From the NCBI RefSeq assembly GCF_006345805.1, contig NW_021833430.1, forward strand, positions 9,815 through 73,814: DNA of 64,000 nt, given 5' to 3'. How positions within the stretch are numbered: the stretch's first letter is position 1; each line of letters begins with the position of its first letter. The position numbers were made by a program, and so were the translations under genes. The DNA is from Octopus sinensis (lineage: Eukaryota). The notes under the pieces were generated by a model. That model was not told the origin of the DNA, did no database searches, and saw only the letters and a list, made by a program, of their open reading frames with translations. Below are positions 62,780 through 64,000 of the stretch, piece by piece.

Positions 62780-63915
62780 ATATATATGAATTAAGATATA
62801 AACTCGAATTCAGCAATTATACTCATACATTTATAAATTCGTATACATATATTAATACATATCGACACATATGAATATTTATTAATTTTCTACCAGGACA
62901 TAAGCTCTAGAAACGGACGTTGAAAGTGAACTCCTCGAACTGTATCATATACCTTATATACCATTTATATTTAAAAAACACACCGAACTCTGTGGATCTT
63001 TTAATCAAAACTCTTAACCGCTCTTAACTTCAGTACAAAAAAGACAAAAAAAATTTTTAGTCCTCTTTTTATCAATCCTCTTTTTATGAATATTTAAAAA
63101 AAATATTCATATGTCGCCAGGATAGCAACAAAGTGCAGACGACTGGTTGGCTGGATCCTGAGAACATTCAGAACCAGAGATAAGGAAACCATGATGGTCT
63201 TCTGGAAGACATTCGTCCTCAGCCGACTGGATTACTGCTCACAGCTATGGTCACCCAACAGTGTGAAATTAACAGCGGACCTTGAAGCAATCCAGAGAAG
63301 ATTCACAAAGAAGATTGTCTCTTTGCAACTGCTCAGCTACTGGAAAAGGTTGAAACAGCTAAGACTCTACCCCCTGGAGAGAAGGCGGGAGAGGTATGCA
63401 GTAATATACATCTGGAAGATCCTGGAAGGAATTGTGCCAAATTTTGGCATTGAAAGCTACACCAATGCCGGAACGGGACGACACTGCATAGAGCCAAAGA
63501 TCCCTGCAACGCCATCGCGCTTCAGGACCAGTTACTACAACAGCCTGGGCTTCAAGAACCCACAGCTTTTTAATATTCTCCCAAAGAGCCTGAGGAACCT
63601 GCACAAAGTAGATGTAGGCGTTTTTAAATCAAAGCTGGACTTCTTCCTGTCGAAAGTCCCAGATGAACTTACATCAAAGTAAGAGGTGCAAATGAGAGTA
63701 GCTATATCAAACTCCATTCTTTACCAATTGCGACATATTGGAGTAAGCTCTCAGTAATAGCAGTGTAGCAAAATGGCGGTGCATGGCCGCAGCTCTGAGC
63801 TGAAACTACAGAAAAAATGTGCCGATATGTATTAATATATGTATACGCATTTTAAGTCGAATTTATAAATGTATGAGTACGATTGCTTAATTTGAGTTTA
63901 TATCTCAATTCTTAT
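62780..63915. repeat. Inverted arms (~62785-62872 and ~63817-63914) enclosing a LINE fragment
   Basis: ACTCATACATTTATAAATTCG..TATACATATATTAATACATATCG.CACAT and its reverse complement. Confidence 0.65.
63110..63815 (+). mobile_element. 3' fragment of a related CR1/L2-group LINE
   Basis: KCRRLVGWILRTF..LDYCSQLWSP..LERRRERY..FNILP..FKSKLD, with 3' end GGCGGTGCATGGCCGCAGC..GCTGAAAC. Confidence 0.9.
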
Positions 63916-64000
63916 CTTTGGTCTCGGGTTCGACCCGAGCACTTCTTTTTTGCAGTTCTATATATTTTGTAAAAGCGAACATTATTATATATTATTATAT

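Overview
AT-rich, repeat-dense animal genomic DNA, most likely a coleoid cephalopod (Octopus). This is inferred from the SINE complement and heavy microsatellite load, not from a database match. The only well-supported host gene is the 3' half of a spliced HemK/PrmC-type glutamine methyltransferase (HEMK1-like): five + strand coding exons, 3522-15015, with an NPPY motif. Its 5' exons lie outside the window. The rest is mobile or repetitive DNA: several tRNA-SINE families, CR1/L2-like, RTE-like and Hero-like LINE remnants, two Tc1/mariner fossils (Hsmar1-like D,D34D-type and a DD41D element), non-autonomous Helitrons, pogo/piggyBac/hAT-type MITEs and Penelope-like termini with hammerhead ribozyme cores. 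The most unusual items are: (i) a 5.3-kb patchwork satellite (23685-29000) whose 23-bp unit contains a TCF/LEF consensus site plus a Helper-like motif; (ii) a 2-kb ORF1-only retroposon with a TSD and a SINE-like tail; (iii) hammerhead-bearing foldback elements in (TA)n tracts; (iv) a CpG-decay contrast across the satellite. Nearly all ORFs in the supplied track are microsatellite or SINE artefacts. All coordinates were read by eye, and repeat boundaries are approximate.
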